Positions 63,049 through 64,000 of a stretch of 64,000 bases of DNA are shown here, piece after piece (the first letter of the stretch is position 1; every line of letters starts with the position of its first letter). Source of the stretch: Vitrella brassicaformis CCMP3155. Its lineage: Eukaryota; Protista; Chromerida. The position numbers were made by a program, and so were the translations under genes. The notes under the pieces were generated by a model, which did no database searches, was not told where the DNA came from, and saw only the letters and a program-made list of their open reading frames with translations. The stretch spans positions 1 through 64,000 of the forward strand of contig CDMY01000831.1 in NCBI GenBank assembly GCA_001179505.1. The letters run 5' to 3'.

Positions 63049-63439
63049 GCTGGCAGGCTAGACAGGCTGAGATCAGGAGCTAGCTGAACACGCACAACGC
63101 ACAAACCACACAGATCTCTGCCTGTAGGTCTACCCGGTGCAGCTTTTCACTCTCTCCCTTCTACTATACCCCTCCCTCTCCTCATCCCCCTCTTTGGTGT
63201 ACCTGTTCGTTCGTTGCGACCTTCTTCTTTTTGCGAGCTTGCAGATCTCCCCCCCTCTAAGCTCGCAAACACACACAAAATAGCAGCGCCAGAGAAAGGG
63301 CGAGGTGAGCAGGGAAGGAGGGAGGAGGCAGGCCAACGCATCTGGCTGGTCAGCATCCTCAGATCTGTGCCGTTGCCATCTGTGCGGTGGGTAATCTCAG
63401 GCTGTAGTGTGCCGCTGGGTGGTGGTTTGGTTGGTCAGG
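63049..63439. promoter_or_regulatory. Bidirectional promoter/5'UTR region of RPS16 and RPL13, containing an 11-bp inverted repeat (63230-63269)
   Basis: 391 bp between divergent ATGs. Putative 5'UTR introns at 63050-63133 (-) and 63305-63438 (+). TTTGCGAGCTT-n18-AAGCTCGCAAA. Confidence 0.7.
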
Positions 63440-64000
63440 ATGGTGAAGCACAACAACGTATTGCCCAACGTGCACTTCCACAAGTACTGGCAGCGGTACG
63501 TCAAGACTTGGTTCAACCAGCCAGGCCGCAAGAAGAGCCGCCGACTCGCGAGGCAGAAGAAGGCCGCAGAACTCGCACCCCGACCCGTCGCCAAGCTCCT
63601 CCGGCCGGTGGTGCACCCGCCCACGCAGCGCTACAACCTCAAGGTCCGACGGGGTCGCGGATTCACTCTTGAAGAACTCAAGGTCAGTCCGTTGCACACA
63701 ACACACATGGGGGAGGATGGGAAGACGGTACTCATGTGTGCGTGTGTGTGATCAGGAGGCTGGCATCTCCCGCAAGACTGCCCGCACGATCGGCATCTCT
63801 GTGGACTGGCGTCGCAAGAACCGGAGCATGGAGTCGCTCAACACTAACGTGGACCGCCTGAAGGAGTACAAGTCCAAGCTGATCATCTTCCCCCGCAAGA
63901 ACAAGGCCAAGACCGGCGACACCGAGCGCAGCGAGATCCAGAACGTCCAGCAGAACGCCTCAAAGGACATCATCCCCATTCCCAAGCCCTCGCTGCGCAT
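63440..64000 (+). CDS. RPL13: 60S ribosomal protein L13 (eL13), truncated by the window end
   Basis: [49 protein letters not shown] and [39 protein letters not shown]. Confidence 0.98.

Overview
Intron-rich, GC-rich eukaryotic nuclear DNA. The 55-120 nt introns full of (GACA)n/(CATC)n/(AC)n and the ankyrin-RING genes resemble a chromerid alveolate such as Vitrella (inference only). There are about 20 spliced genes: BUD13, an F-box/RCC1 protein, an ABC1/ADCK kinase, a Methyltransf_24 type-II membrane protein, a CAF1/PARN deadenylase, a CDK-like kinase, a HEAT protein, a Zip3/RNF212-like RING protein, a CCCH zinc finger, a C-type lectin membrane protein, an ankyrin-RING protein, and RPS16 head-to-head with RPL13. 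Main oddities: (1) a ~5 kb inverted paralog pair of a secreted beta-helix surface-protein gene. It brackets three housekeeping genes, is a mosaic of near-identical and diverged segments, differs at three intron positions, and each copy carries its own lesions. (2) A palindromic CAGATCTG motif and AGCTCGC inverted repeats recur at compact bidirectional promoters. (3) A dispersed cassette family (shared upstream block, leader and trailer), one member of which encodes an eIF4E-binding-like motif next to half an MLLE domain. Exon structures were worked out by hand, and several gene ends are approximate.
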